DNA of 64,000 bases from Somniosus microcephalus. Its lineage: Eukaryota. Below, one piece after another: positions 26,469-39,723 of this stretch. The position numbers and the translations under genes are program-made. Numbering within the stretch: position 1 is the stretch's first letter; each line of letters starts with the position of its first letter. The stretch spans positions 65,844,001 through 65,908,000 of the forward strand of contig CM126223.1 of assembly GCA_052327205.1 (NCBI GenBank). The letters run 5' to 3'. A model generated the notes under the pieces. That model did no database searches. It had not been told where the DNA came from and saw only the letters and a list, made by a program, of their open reading frames with translations.

Positions 26469-26661
26469 TAACTGTATTTATGGAAAATGGACAATAGGGG
26501 AGCTACTTAGTGATTGTTTTTTACATTCTGTATTTAAGGACACTATATGAAAGGACAGGGATTAAAATAAGAGGCAAACAACCAAACATAGCACTGTTAC
26601 CACGATTACCAGTAACTTACAATTTCCCACAATATACTGCAGATTCCCTATAAAAATTAAT

Positions 26662-26816
26662 CAATGTTCCCCTTAAGGTGTGCGGCTGTGCACCAATTGA
26701 GGTCCCGCGCAGGCCGCTCACAAGCTCCTGCCGCTGGGAGAGATATCACGCAGCAAAATTAAAGGGACCGCACACACACACACAATTTTTTTTTTTTTTT
26801 AAAAGAGGGAATATTG
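26662..26816. mobile_element. Short hAT-like MITE
   Basis: TIR CAATGTTCCC / GGGAATATTG; body similar to the element at 45124-46812. Confidence 0.65.
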
Positions 26817-26879
26817 GTTTTAATGATAGAAGCACAGATAATATACAAATTTGTACAGATAACATACAAATTTGTACAA

Positions 26880-27114
26880 TCAAAGGAAAAACCACAATTG
26901 CTGGAAATCTGAAATAACAAAAGATGTTAGAAATGAACAACAGATCAGTCTACATCTGTAAAGAGTAAACGCAGGTTATGACAATTTGGGTATGTACCTT
27001 TCATCAGAACTGATGACTTCTGATGAAAGATACACATCCAAAATGTCATAACTTGCCTTCCCACTTTATAGATGCTGTCTGACCACCTGTGCATTGCCAA
27101 CATTTCCCGGTTTT
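26880..27114. mobile_element. Old Penelope-like inverted pair with two decayed hammerhead cores
   Basis: Imperfect palindrome centred near 27014 with TCATCAG / CTGATGA cores pointing outward. Confidence 0.6.
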
Positions 27115-28022
27115 ACACTGGAATGTGTGTTTGGAATGCGATCAGCTTTTTGAGGGTTTCATTTTAGTTGACCACATCAGTTGTACAACTAACAAATACT
27201 GCTACAGAACTGATGTCAACACAATCTGTAAATACATAAAATTTTGTGCAGTAAAACTAAATGCCAGAGATGATTTGTCTTCTGAACAGGATTTTTTAGT
27301 AAAACAATTTAGTTTTGTTATGCACCTAACTTATGTGGAAGTGTAGCTTTAACTGTGAAGGAAGGTTTGCAGCCCCAAATCATAGTACACGAGAAAATAC
27401 ACAACAGAAACATGGTTAAACAAAAATCTGCACTGATCACAATAATTTTTTTTTTTTGAAGTCTAAAGTATTAAATATATTTTTGCTACTTAACTTTCTT
27501 ATTTATGGAGACCCAAAATTTATTAATAACTTCACAATGGTGTAAATGCCCAGGAAAGGCAGATACTAAATATTAAAAAGAAATATATATCAAACACGTA
27601 CATACCATGATCAGCTTTCAGGACGACACTTTATGCTTTTGGGTGAGAGGCAGTATACAATGAAAGAGTTAAGTATTTTTTGCACTCTTTTTGTGTTTAC
27701 ATTTGCACGGTCTATCATGTAGACATGACCAGGTCCACAGGCTGCTGTCAGTCTGCAGCAGGTTGTCTTAAATGCCCCAATAGCTAACTGGTACTATGAA
27801 CAGTTGGTAACAAGTTCTCACCTATAGGTGTACAGATTCAAATGTCGTGAGTTTCATGCAATATTATGCCATGCCACTCAAGTAAAATGAATGGATTTCC
27901 GATTTACTTCACGTGAGCAGTAGCACCGTGCAATTTAGGCTCTCTGAATCTGGACTGCTGTGTTTTCAGTCATCCAGCATGGAGCTGTTGCAAGTACAGT
28001 GTAAAACCTGCACTCAGACTTT

Positions 28023-28743
28023 GGCCCGTATTTTCTGATCCCTACGGGCACATCCGTAGACCTCGCAAATGCCGGTTCCAGGCATGCGAAGCGCATGTGC
28101 TGAAAACCGGCATTTCCGATCCGTCAAGAATGCTCTTGACAGAACGGACGCCTGCCCTGGAGAAGGGCCTCTGCAAGGGGGGGGGGGGGGAGGAGAAAGA
28201 GTTCCGCTTTCGGCAGAACCTCCGCCAGCTGAAATCACTTAAAAATCTTACGCCTGGTAAAAGCAAGCATAAGGTTTGCTTTTACCAGCATAAGAGTTTA
28301 AAAAAGTAAAAACATTTTTTCACTCATTTATAATTTCAAAATACTTTTTAAAGGTAAGTTTATTTTTAGCCCCGTAAAAAACTAATTTGTTTCAAAAAAT
28401 TAATTTGTTTAATATTTAATGTAATTTTAAAAATGTGATAAAAAATGTATTTAATGTTTTGATGTCTTTTTGGGATGATCTCCATTCATACTTTTGACAT
28501 GTCTAAGCTGTCAAAAATATGAAGGGAGATTCCCTTCCCCCATTGGCTCCCATGGCCCACGTGATCCCAGGGACGCTTGCGAACCTCATACGCCCCTGCG
28601 ATATGTGGGCCCTGCACATTTCGTCGTGGACAGGCCCAGGAGCGGAAATGGCCAGACCTCTGGAACACTCAGGTAAGGGCGTAGATTTTTTCCAGATCGG
28701 AGTCCTCCGCACGCAGGAAGCCTCCGATCGGAAAATACGGGCC
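28023..28743. mobile_element. Harbinger-type MITE (second family)
   Basis: TIR GGCCCGTATTTTC; AT-rich centre; homologous to 39724-40454. Confidence 0.8.
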
Positions 28744-29724
28744 AATGAGTAGGGACTAAACACAAAGCAAATCCCATCTAGTGGAATGACTGAATTTGTT
28801 TAAACGATGAAATTCAAACAAACATTCAAATACTTAATGTCATCTGTAAACAGGAATAAAAGACCAAACTAGATTTAAATAATGTCTCTTTTTTTTTAAA
28901 AAACAGTAACTGTACAATAGGCACTACACATTAGTGTCTGGTCCAACTCAACAGTAAAGTCAACCCTGCAGTGAATATATAACTGCACACAATATATAAC
29001 TGCACACAACAGATTTATTAAATACAGAAGTCTTTGATTTGATTTGATGATATATCCAAGGTCCACTATAATTCTGAATGTAAATTCATTAAAAGGGAAC
29101 CGACTGAACGTTGTTTTAGGAGTTCTTGGAAAAGTAAAAATTGCAATCAAGTAAACTTCAGGGTTTTAGAAAATGAGAAACTACTGTAACTCGTTGAATC
29201 TCTAAACCTCAGTATTTAAAAAAAATCTTATGCAACAGTACTAGGCACTACAGTACCTTTTCCAGATAAGGCTTGGCGGTTTTAAGAACAGGCTCCAAAA
29301 AAAATTTCTTACAGCGAAATAATATGTATAAAGTTGCTGATCCTATATAACTTCATTAACTTTCATGAATGCCATTTTTGAAAATTAAGATGGCTCAAAT
29401 GAGATTGTGTCAACATAAATACAAATCCAGACCACAAAATCTACTGTGTTGGTGCACAGGATATGGCAACACAACATTTCATGCCACCACTATGATGTCC
29501 TGTTTGATAAATCAAGCGGCAGAGTTTAAATGTGGCCTCCGCTCTGCTGCTGACCAGCAACATGGTACAATGTCTATATCTAGAGGGGTGAGCGTTGGTA
29601 CTGCAGGACTCTGGCACGAAGATTTACACAAGAACCTTTATTTTTTTGTTAGGGCTCTGGGAGAGTACCATTCACGTAGACACCTGCGATCTACAAGTGC
29701 CAATCTGTACACTTTGCCCGTGAT

Positions 29725-29939
29725 CCTCTGGTCCCCCAATGGAGAGCGCCTCTGGTCCCCCAATGGAGAGCGCCTCTGGTCCCCCAATGGAGAGCGCCTC
29801 TGGTCCCCCAATGGAGAGCGCCTCTGGTCCCCCAATGGAGCGCGCCTCTGGTCCCCCAATGGAGAGCGCCTCTGGTCCCCCAATGGAGAGCGCCTCTGGT
29901 CCCCCAATGGAGAGCGCCTCTGGTCCCCCAATGGAGAGC
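29725..29939. repeat. Minisatellite, about 9 x 24 bp (CCTCTGGTCCCCCAATGGAGAGCG)
   Basis: Near-perfect tandem copies with one internal variant unit. Confidence 0.97.
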
Positions 29940-30914
29940 AAATGTCAAGAGATTCTAGTTTTTCCATGTCTCTGACCTCTACTCTTGGGAACCATGAGAA
30001 GTTGGGGGTCTGAATGCTGGAGGCATGCAATTTGTCAGCTTTATGTTTTAGTGTGCCAATGGCAGGAGTACCAAGCTTCTGCCAATGATTGTACATTATC
30101 TTATAAAAGTGCTTCATGTTTCTCTTCAGAATTGAATTTGCACCAGAATCATTTCAGAAAAAGATAGTATAAATAACAGTATAAAACTATTGTGAATAGA
30201 ATGGAGACTGATTTCCACTTATAATGTACCATTTCTGCTATATAGGTCAGAAACTTTAACAGATTATTCCAAATATCAGTATGAATCTGGCAACTGAAAG
30301 TAGCAGCTTTTGGGTGGATGATAATACCCTGCATTGTGACGACCATACACTTGATTACTGCAATAAATGGCTACACTATGGAAGCTATTTTTCTCTTATT
30401 TAAAAAAATGTAATTTACCCTTCCCTTTCTAGGTTCCACTTTGCAAACTATGCGCCACTCCTCAACTGAGCATGATCAGGCAAGCTCCTCATTGACCATT
30501 GCCAATGCCACTCTGGGTCAGCAGCAAGCAGTACACAAAAGATTTCAGATATGGTACCTTTCCAATTCCCAATGTAGAGTGCGCCAAGCCCCTGCTTCAC
30601 ACCTTCACAACTCGCCATATAATGAATCCCCAATTTTAGTAAGTGGGAAGGGGCAATGGGTAGGGTTGAGTGAGTGAGTCAACCCAGTGTTCTTGCATAG
30701 CGCTCGATTCAAGGTCAGAGTTGGCTAACGGCCTGCAAACAAGTCAGCTGCTCGCCCCCTCAGCTGGTTGAATGTACATGAGAATATGAAACAAATACAT
30801 TTCTGTGGGAAAATTTCCATTGGTTTTGCCAAAGGCACAGTTTTGAACATAAAATCTGCATCAATCCACTGAAAGGAAAAGGCAGAGGAATTTGCATATA
30901 CATGGATAACTCAC

Positions 30915-30979
30915 CAATCGGATGTTGTCTTCAGGTCTAAGAAGAGTGAACATTGCTTGTAGGTGCTGTTGAAGGTCAC
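30915..30979 (-). CDS. SSH2: SSH2 exon (GDLQQHLQAMFTLLRPEDNIRL)
   Basis: 65 nt, TAG acceptor, GTGAGT donor, phase 1 to 0. Confidence 0.95.
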
Positions 30980-31132
30980 CTAAACAACAAAAAAAACCAC
31001 AGTAAGGAGCTGGATTTGGAAAAGTGAAAGAAATTAGTGCCAAGTATTTGTGATAGCTCAATGAATTTCAGTTATCGTCATCGCAAGTATATACATGGCT
31101 GCATGTGACTCTTCTACATGTGCATAGCTGTG

Positions 31133-32222
31133 GATTTTGATAATCGGGGGGCAGTACTGTGCGGCGGGGGCAGGTTGGTAGAGGACCTTTGTCTTACGGA
31201 TGTTTAATGTAAGGCCCATGCTCTCGTACGCTTTGGTGAAGGTGTTGACGATGGTTTGGAGTTCGACCTCCAAGTGAGCGCAGACGCAAGCGTCGTCTGC
31301 ATACTGTAATTCAACGACAGAGGGTGGGACGACCTTGGATCTGGACTGGAGGCGACGGAGGTTGAACAGTTTCCCGTTTGTTTCGTAAATTAGCTCCACT
31401 CCAGTGGGGAGCTTACTGAGGGTGAAATGGAGCATTGCAGCCAGGAAGATCGAGAAGAGCGTTGGTGCGATGACACAGCCTTGCTTGACCCCGGTTTGTA
31501 CGTGAATTGGGTCTGTGGTGGAACCGTTGGTCAGGATCACGGCTTGCATGTCGTCGTGAAGCAGGCGGAGGATAGGGACAAACTTTTGAGGGCAGCCGAA
31601 TTTGAGGAGGACACTCCATAATCCCTCACGGTTGACAGTGTCGAAGACCTTTGTGAGATCAAAGGCGGCCATGTACAGCGGTTGGTGCTGTTCCCTGCAT
31701 TTCTCTTGTAATTGACGTGTGGTGAAGATCGTGTACATTGTGCCCCTTAGTGGGCGGAATCTGCATTGCAACTCTGGGAGGAGCTCTTCGGCCACTGGGA
31801 GAAGGCGATTTCCCGATACGAGACTCCCAAAACAAGCGCTCTACTCGGAGCTCCGGCACGACAAGAGAGCCCCAGGTGGGCAGAGGAAACGCTTCAAGGA
31901 CACCCTCAAAGCCTCCTTGAAAAAGTGTAACATCCCCACCGACACCTGGGAATCCCTAGCCCAAGGCCGCACAAAGTGGAGGAGAAGCATCCGGGAAGGT
32001 GCCAAACACGGAGTCTCTTCGCCGGGAGCAAGCGGAAGCCAAGCGCAGGCAGCGCACGTCAACCCAAACACCTCACCCACCCGCCCCTTCAACCACCGTC
32101 TGCCCCCCCCTGTGACAGAGACTGTAGGTCCCGCATTGGACTCATCAGTCACCTGCAAACTCATTTTCAATGTGGAAGCAAGTCATCCTCGGCTCCGGGC
32201 TCCGAGGGACTGCCTAAGAAGA
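31133..32222 (+). mobile_element. RTE-clade LINE with 5' inversion (RT segment on minus 31133-31810; 3' end on plus 31811-32222)
   Basis: FDLTKVFDTV, GVKQGCVIAP and QYADD on minus; RLPKQALYSEL..GGQRKRFKDTLK on plus; (AAG)n tail; ATAGCTGTG TSD. Confidence 0.9.
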
Positions 32223-33136
32223 ATAGCTGTGCAAATTTTCCCATTTGGAGATGGGTAACACTTCAATCCTAAAACGTTACATGCGCACACAGAGATCTCC
32301 CATGGCGCTGTACTCATGGAGTCAAAGCGAAGTGTAGTTTTTAGATGAAGTGAGGGGATAATTCGACCAGGCACAGACGGAATTCAGTCATCATTTTAAA
32401 AATCATACATTTTGTCCTTTTTAAAAAAAAGTGTTTTATTTTTTCCATGTTCACATTTATCATGGAAACTAATTTATACCCTTCCCTATGGCTCCAGTAT
32501 AAATCACAAATAAAGACTCATTTACAAAGGTTCAATCAATACCAAGGAAAGTCTTAAATCAGTGACGATCATGCACAGCCATTGAGAGGTCACTTGATAC
32601 AGTCAGAATTTGTTCCCCACAGCTGCAAGAGATGCCAGGGGCTGTCTATCGGAGACCTGAATCTAAACAGTGATGAATTTTTGAAGAAATTCAGCAAGGG
32701 GCTTTTAGAACAAGAGGTTTATCGAGTTATATTATGTAACGCAAGGCTATTGTAAGAGTTGCAATGATCGTTTATGACAATTAGTTGCCTTATTATTCTG
32801 GCTGCAATGCTCACTCAGAAGAGCGAGCAGAAAGATGGATACTTCTGTTTTCAGGTGTCAGGCAACACAAATTTATAAAATTTCACTTTTACACATTGAA
32901 TAATGAAGAAGCCAAATTCAAGATGGATTGATGGGTTGCAAATGCAGAAACTGTCCTCATATGCCATTGACTGCAGAAATTAGAAGAAAACTTGAATGTA
33001 GAATTAAACCAGAAGTAGGTAATTACAAAATGGAAAACTAGGGTGTTGAAGGCTACAGTATTCCAATACCACATCTCCCTCATATAGAACAATTTATTCC
33101 TCAACACTTTTGTGTAAGTGTTTGTCAGATTACAAT

Positions 33137-33887
33137 GACCCAGAATTTGAGGTGGGTAGTAACAGCGAACAAAGAGTGTTTGCTGTTATTACCCCTTTGA
33201 AACAGACCACAACTTCAGGGTTTAGCACATGCGCACCCTAACGCAGAAATCCTGAAGTTGCGGTCAGTCATTCACTGCTCCGACACTGGCTGCGCTGCGG
33301 ACCCCCCCCTGCCTCGCAACCACATAGCCGGCAATCAGTGTACTGGACGATAACTTGGGCTTTACCACGGTAATATCGCTGTTAAATACCCTATTAAAAG
33401 CTAGACCTTGTTGGATTAGGTGTAACTGGGGTTTGAACAACATACTGACTGCTAAACAAACGTGGTGGTCCTGAAAAACTAATTTTAATGATGGGAGTGT
33501 CAAATTTAATTAATGAAAATTACAATTCAAGAAACTTCAAAAAAAAACATTTAAGTTTGTTCATATTTATTTCAGGGTTACCTTCCACCCCCACCCCCAT
33601 GTAAGAGCCCTAATCTTAATTTTGCTCTCTAACATTTAAAAAAAGTCAGAAAAAAAGGAGTTTCTTCACTTTCTGGTTCCGTCTGAGAATTCTGCAGTGA
33701 TTGGCTTAGACAGCCTGTTGACATCACATCAACTCGTGCTATGGAATTCCCACTAAACTGCACTGATCTCAACCGCATGTCGAAAAAGCCGAACTTCTCA
33801 CCAGCGATCGCGACATCTTTGTGGGCAGTTTTCTTCGAGGCCAGTGGCGAACCCTTGTGTTTCGCCGCTGACTGCAAATTATGGGCC
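33137..33887. mobile_element. Harbinger-type MITE (third family)
   Basis: Imperfect TIR GACCCAGAATTTG / CAAATTATGGGCC with AAT TSD. Confidence 0.7.
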
Positions 33888-34591
33888 AATATAAATGCAT
33901 TCTTTTACAAGACTGTGTAGTAAGCGCTTAAGTGAATAATGGCAACACATGCCAAGTAATAAGGGAACGAAAGATGGGTAAATAAAGATAGGAAATTATT
34001 AATTTCCTCTCAATATCACCCTCAGGAAGTAGATGGGAGTTAAACAAGTCTGGCAATCTCATACGCTGATGAGCCTTGAAATACACTAAAGTAACAGGAT
34101 AGCAAACTGGTAGTTGCAGCTCTTCAAAGCCCTTAGGACACCTACTGTTTCGATTGCAGGCTGAAGTATAGGCAACAGAGAGGCTGGGCACAACGACTAT
34201 TTAATCAGATTCGCTGGATGCCCAGATCTATGCTTCTACTGTGGGTTTGGTTATATTGTTCCTTTAACATTGATGAAGGGTTATGCATCAATGTAAAAAT
34301 GGCAGCATAACTCAGGAAACTACCAAGTGCACTAATGCTGGGAGGTACGAGACCTCTTCTGCAGGCCATCTCACACCAGTTTAAATCTGCACAGAGTACA
34401 GTACAATTCTAGTCTTATGGTCTGCTATCATTACTTGCAACAGCTTGCCTCATGTCAGATATTGAGGAGGAATTATTCATGACAACACTGGGCCAGATTT
34501 TACTTTGGAGTGGGTGGGAAGGAAGGAAATTGCAGAAACAAATCCTTAAAACAATTTTGATTTAAAATCATATGTGCAAGCAGGATACATG

Positions 34592-35941
34592 GGCCTAGAA
34601 ATTCAGTTGCTTGCGCCAGCCGGTAGCGCCTTAGGAGGAGGAGATGTTGGGCGCTAGGCGGCTAGCGGCCGGAGCGCAATCTGCGCCTCTCCCCAACTTC
34701 ACTCACGATTTTGCGTCGGCGCAAAGTCTTTGCGCGCGCTCAGCTGCGCGCGCAGATCCTGACGTCATTTCCTCGTGCAACGCCCTTTGTGCGCCCCAAA
34801 CTGGAACTTCAGTGGCGCCGCCCTTCTTTGCGCCTGGCGCCCCCCAGCGACTGGTAGAGGGGAACGGTTCCCAGTCGCTGCGGGGTGCGCTATTTAAAGG
34901 GGACTCCTCCTGCATTATAAGTGACAGCCATTTTGTGCCAATCCTTCTGTGTGAGAGACAAAGGCAGAGAGCTTTCTGCTTTGACTCAGCGCTCGCACAG
35001 GCTTCAGGCCAGAGCTTTGCACTTGGATTTCACTTTCAGTGCCATAGCCTTGAGTCGCCACATATACTGTAATGGGGGCTACAATGGGTGGAAACGTTGG
35101 CTTTCTGCATTGCATTCAAAGGGATCAGAGACGCCGTGAGAGAGTGCCAGTCATGGCCAGACGGAGAAGGGCCAACAGGTGTCGGCACATGAGGCCTTAC
35201 CCACCCAGGGTATACCGCCAGCAGTTCTCATATCTGAACATGTCTGAGGAGCAGTGTGTTCGGAGGCTGCGATTCAGAAGGGAGGTGGTCACTGAGATCT
35301 GCCACCTGCTTCGCAGAGATCTGCAGCCACAGCTGAGGAGCAGGACATCTCTGTCGGTGGCAGTGAAGGTGACGGTGGCTCTCAACTTCTATGCCACCGG
35401 CTCCTTCCAATCCGCTACTGGGGACATTGCCAACATCTCCCAGTTCGCGGTACATTGCTGCATCCGACAGGTGAACAATGCCCTTTTCAGAAGGAGACGT
35501 CAGTACATCTCCTTCCCCATGACCCTGGACAAGCAGCAAGAGCGTACAATGGGATTTGGAAGAATAGCGGGCTTCACCATGGTCCAGGGCGTAGAACTGA
35601 TGAACCAGCATTGGTCAGGCCTTGCTTCAGGGCTGCAGTGCGCAGGGCATGGCAGCCAGACAAGTCCACCCTCCCCCTTTAAGAGCTGACCGGCGCCAGA
35701 GTGTCTGCCGTCAATCAGCAACTCGCCGCACCTGCACTGCGCCCGCCCTCGGGGGTATCGCCCCGGACCGCCGGCTTAGCGCCTAATGATAGTCGTGCAT
35801 CGCCTGTTTTAGCGCAGCAGCAACCTCTTGGGGCGATGCGACTGAATATCGGCGAAGGTGGCGCGAACTTGCGCCGGGCGCAAACTTTAGCGGCCGCCCG
35901 ACTGTAGCGCCCCGAACGTGGCTATACTGAATTTCTAGGCC
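34592..35941 (+). mobile_element. PIF/Harbinger deletion derivative retaining the N-terminal transposase ORF (35072 to about 35590)
   Basis: Perfect 16-bp TIR GGCCTAGAAATTCAGT, TSD ATG; HARBI1-like VALNFYATGSFQ..GD..ISQ..FP..GF..VQG. Confidence 0.92.
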
Positions 35942-36799
35942 ATGATGTTATATGCAATTTCCTCTACCATCTTTTCTGTCAAACATGTAAATTAATTTAC
36001 CACTTCAGGAGTTTGTGGTTGAGAGATTTTTGTAAAATCAGTAGGGTTATTAAAATGGTAATTCATTTAACAATGGGTCAAAAGTAAACAAGAGAAGGAA
36101 CTCCTACATCAAGTATTCAGTGGACAAACTGCAAACTACCACAAAAAGTGATGTTAGTTGGTAAGTCGGAGTCATGTGATTTTTTCCAGTTAGCCATTCA
36201 TTTATGTAATCTGCTATGCATTACACAATGTTGTCATTTCACATCAGTACTAATGAAACTAAATGCGTGATTTAATATGTAAATTTTTCATTTGTTGCAG
36301 GTGAACGAGCGCTTACATTTGTGCTAAAAGAAACCTAAATTTATCACGATCTTTGCTCGCACATTTTTGAAGTTGCTTCATTAAAGCATTCAAGTGAATG
36401 GAAATAATCCTCTACACCCCATTCTATACTCAACAGTGCAATATATTAGGACTTTACTTCGAAACAAATAGCTGTTAAACTAGTAAAAAATATTCTGTCA
36501 GTCATTAATGGCACATTTTGTTTTGCCATCTGAAGCCCTGAAATGGTCAGAAAACCAAAGTAAATATTGCGCCACTAGAACTTGGGTGCACTACAGAGAT
36601 GGTTTGTACCACACCAAAGACAACATAAATTGACAGTGGCTTAATGTAGATGGACATTTTTAGGCCTCCTGGTGGATTGAGTGATTACAGCACTCGTGCT
36701 CAGCTTGTGCAAGCCCACCATATACAGGCCAGCAACCTTTTGCTCATTGTGACCTGTATGGAATGCGGAGAGGACGGGGAGGGGCAGCAGGTGGGGAGT

Positions 36800-37265
36800 G
36801 TGGAGAGGATGGGCTGTCCTATGAGGAGTGATTGAGTAGAATGGGCCTATATTCTCTGGAGTTTAGAAGAATGAGGTGATCTCATTGAAACGTTTAAAAT
36901 TCTTAGAGGGCTTGACAGGATAGATGTTGAGAGGTTGTTTCCCCTGGCTGGAGAGTCTAGAACTAGGGGGCATAGTCTCAGGAAAAGGGGTTGGCCATTT
37001 AGGACTGAGATGAGGAGAAATTTCTTCACTCAGAGGGTTGTGAATCTTTGGAATTCTCTACCCCAGAGGGCTGTGGATGCTCGGTCGTGGAGTATATTTA
37101 AGACTGAGATTGATAAGATTCTTGGGCACTAAGGGAATCAAGTAATATGGGGATAGGGCGGGAAAGTGGATTTGAGGTAGATGATCAGCCATGATCTTAT
37201 TGAATGGTGGAGCAGGCTTGAGGGGCGTATGACCTACTCCTGCTCCTATTTCTTATGTGCCTATG
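36800..37265 (+). mobile_element. CR1 LINE 3' fragment
   Basis: RNFFTQRVVNLWNSLP and tail. Confidence 0.9.
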
Positions 37266-38180
37266 TAAGTTGCAAAGAATAATTTTGCAAAAAAACCTGC
37301 ATGTTTTAATGTGGAACAGGCTGTTGAAACTAGACTACAATATAGACGGGTGGGTTTCTATTGCAATTGGAGATGCAGTCAGTATTGCTACAAGACACAG
37401 TTCTACAATATAAACTACAGCATAAAACTGACCAGAACTCATCATGAAGTCATCAAAATCCTTTGAAAGAAATAGTCTTGACCAATGTGGATGTTGTCTA
37501 ATCGGGAGGTGACCAAGCCAGATGAGAAATCTTCTAAATCTTGATAATTTTGCACCAGTCATTTTGCAGTATTTGTACTGAAGTCAAAATTCCCACCCTT
37601 CCCCCATACTTCGAGCAGAAGTACAAGCTTACTTCCTTTTTTCAGCTTCGAGAATTACAGCTGTGCCAGCACTCAACCCAGACTTTCAGTAATGATAGTT
37701 CCCCATGACGAGAAAGTTAAATATATACACACATGCTCATTAGTATTACCAATAATTAATTAGGCTCCACTCCTCATTAAATCCTTAACTGACATGGAAG
37801 CTTCAACAACTACGCGGAGGATGCTGGGAACGCTTCTGTGTAAGCACAGAAAAAAGTACAGTGAATCGCTATTCTGTACTAACAGTGTAACTGTATTCAT
37901 TGATTAAAGTTGCTTTGAATATACAATATAAATTATGTACATTGTTTATTTCAATTTTAAAAACTTCACGCCAGTGCCTTGCGCCAAGAGAAAAATAATT
38001 GGTGTTGGTGTGAACATACAAGAGACGGGGCAAAAAAAGTGAATCATTGGGTGACTTCTGAAAATCTCTTCACCAGCTTTACTGTGTTATATTCATTGCC
38101 CTGGGTTTAAAAAAAAAAAATCCAGCTTCACTACAATGTCACCCCAAAAGGCAACCGATTCCCATTTGTAGGGCACTTAC

Positions 38181-38284
38181 CCGCATGTTTATTGCGCCGG
38201 TGATTGAGTCGGGGTGCAGCCGAGCCATTTCCTCGAGGCAGGAATAAGGCCGCGCCCTTTACAGTCAAGAAGCTCTCACTTATG
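38181..38284 (-). CDS. SSH2: SSH2 exon (ISESFLTVKGAALFLPRGNGSAAPRLNHRRNKHAG)
   Basis: 104 nt, polypyrimidine-CAG acceptor, GTAAGT donor; translation matches the Slingshot N-terminus. Confidence 0.95.
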
Positions 38285-38671
38285 CTGTGAAAAAGAAAAA
38301 AGTTAATTGAAGTAAAAGAAACTAAAATATTAACACCAGAGCAAATTACTTAACAGTATTAAAATGAACTATGGATACAAGTAGTTCCAATGGAGGACGG
38401 TAGCACTAGCTGGTTATAAGCATGTGTGGCATATACAAGGCAGAACTCCCCCCCACAATTCCCAACTACATTACTCAGTGGACCGTGTATGGCTCCCCCA
38501 TTAACAGGGAAACCATATAAATCAAGGCCCCTCGTCAGAATGCATTAGGAAATGTAAAAAAAAGAGTTTTAAAGAACTGCCTTGGCTCTTAAACACACAT
38601 TGTGCTAAGAATATGCTCAACGAAGTTAACCCAAATGGTTTGATGTAATAGCTTTCTCAAATTATTACATA

Positions 38672-39010
38672 AAGATGCAGATGTAATTTATCTAGATTTT
38701 CAAAAAGGCCTTCGATAAGGTACCCCATAATAGACTGATGAACAAATTCAGAAGAAACTTCTTTACCCAGAGAGTGTTGAGAATGTGGAACTCGCTACCA
38801 CAGGGAGTGGTTGAAGTGAATAGTATCGATGCATTTAAGGGACGGTTAGATAAGCATATGAGGGAGAAGGGAATAGAGGGTTACGCTGATAGAGTTAGAT
38901 GAGGAAAGCCGGGAAGAGACTCGAGTGGGGCGTAAACACCAGCATGTACTGGTTGGGCTGAATGACCTGTTTCTATGCCGTATATCCTAGGTATGTAATC
39001 CTATGTATGT
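38672..39010 (+). mobile_element. Internally deleted CR1 fragment
   Basis: DVIYLDFQKAFDKVPH-like segment joined directly to RNFFTQRV and the tail. Confidence 0.8.
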
Positions 39011-39723
39011 AAAGATGCTTTGATCATATGGAAAAAAGGTCAACAAAAATGCAAGCATGACTTCAGATTCAATGTTTATGAGCTTCAAGTGGCATAATAT
39101 CACTTAAATTCTAAAAGAAACACTGAAGTTACAACAGAAGTGTATTCCTTAGAATAAAAACAGGGGAGAAAAATAGGAGGAATAAAAAAGGAAAATGGTG
39201 AAAAAAGGAGTATTATAAACAACTTTAAATAAAATTGAAATTTGTTTCCATGACCATCACAGTAAGAAAGTTTTTTGTAACATCTAAACAGCCATATTAC
39301 TGCAATTAGTGCAGGTGTCAGGCTCACTGAAGTAGAAACAATGATTCAGAGAGATCTTTTTTATTTTTTACAATTTCCCTGGGCATGTCAGCAATATATA
39401 GGATAATACAACCATTTATACAGCGTCTTTAACATAGAAAAATGTCCCAAATAACTTCAGAGACACACAATCAAAAAATGGAAGATGAATTAAAGGAGAT
39501 GTTAGAAAAGGTGACCAGAAACTGATCAGTGAGGAAATGCAATTCACACAATGAATTAACAGTAGATTCAAATAAATAATGACTTAGGCTGTTGGCTTCA
39601 TTACTTGCAAATTGATATTAATTCAGTTGAAAGTAGAGCAGCAGTGATGACCTTTGGTACACATGACAATGCACAATCGTATAAAGCTTGGCCTATTCAT
39701 CTTCAAAGACCATCTGCAACATA

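Noticed and set aside
29725-29939. CRISPR-like array or repeat protein gene
   Set aside because: No spacers; eukaryotic intron; the ORFs arise from a stop-free 24-bp unit.
35072-35689. Host HARBI1 gene
   Set aside because: Lies between TIRs with a TSD and is truncated before the DDE motif.
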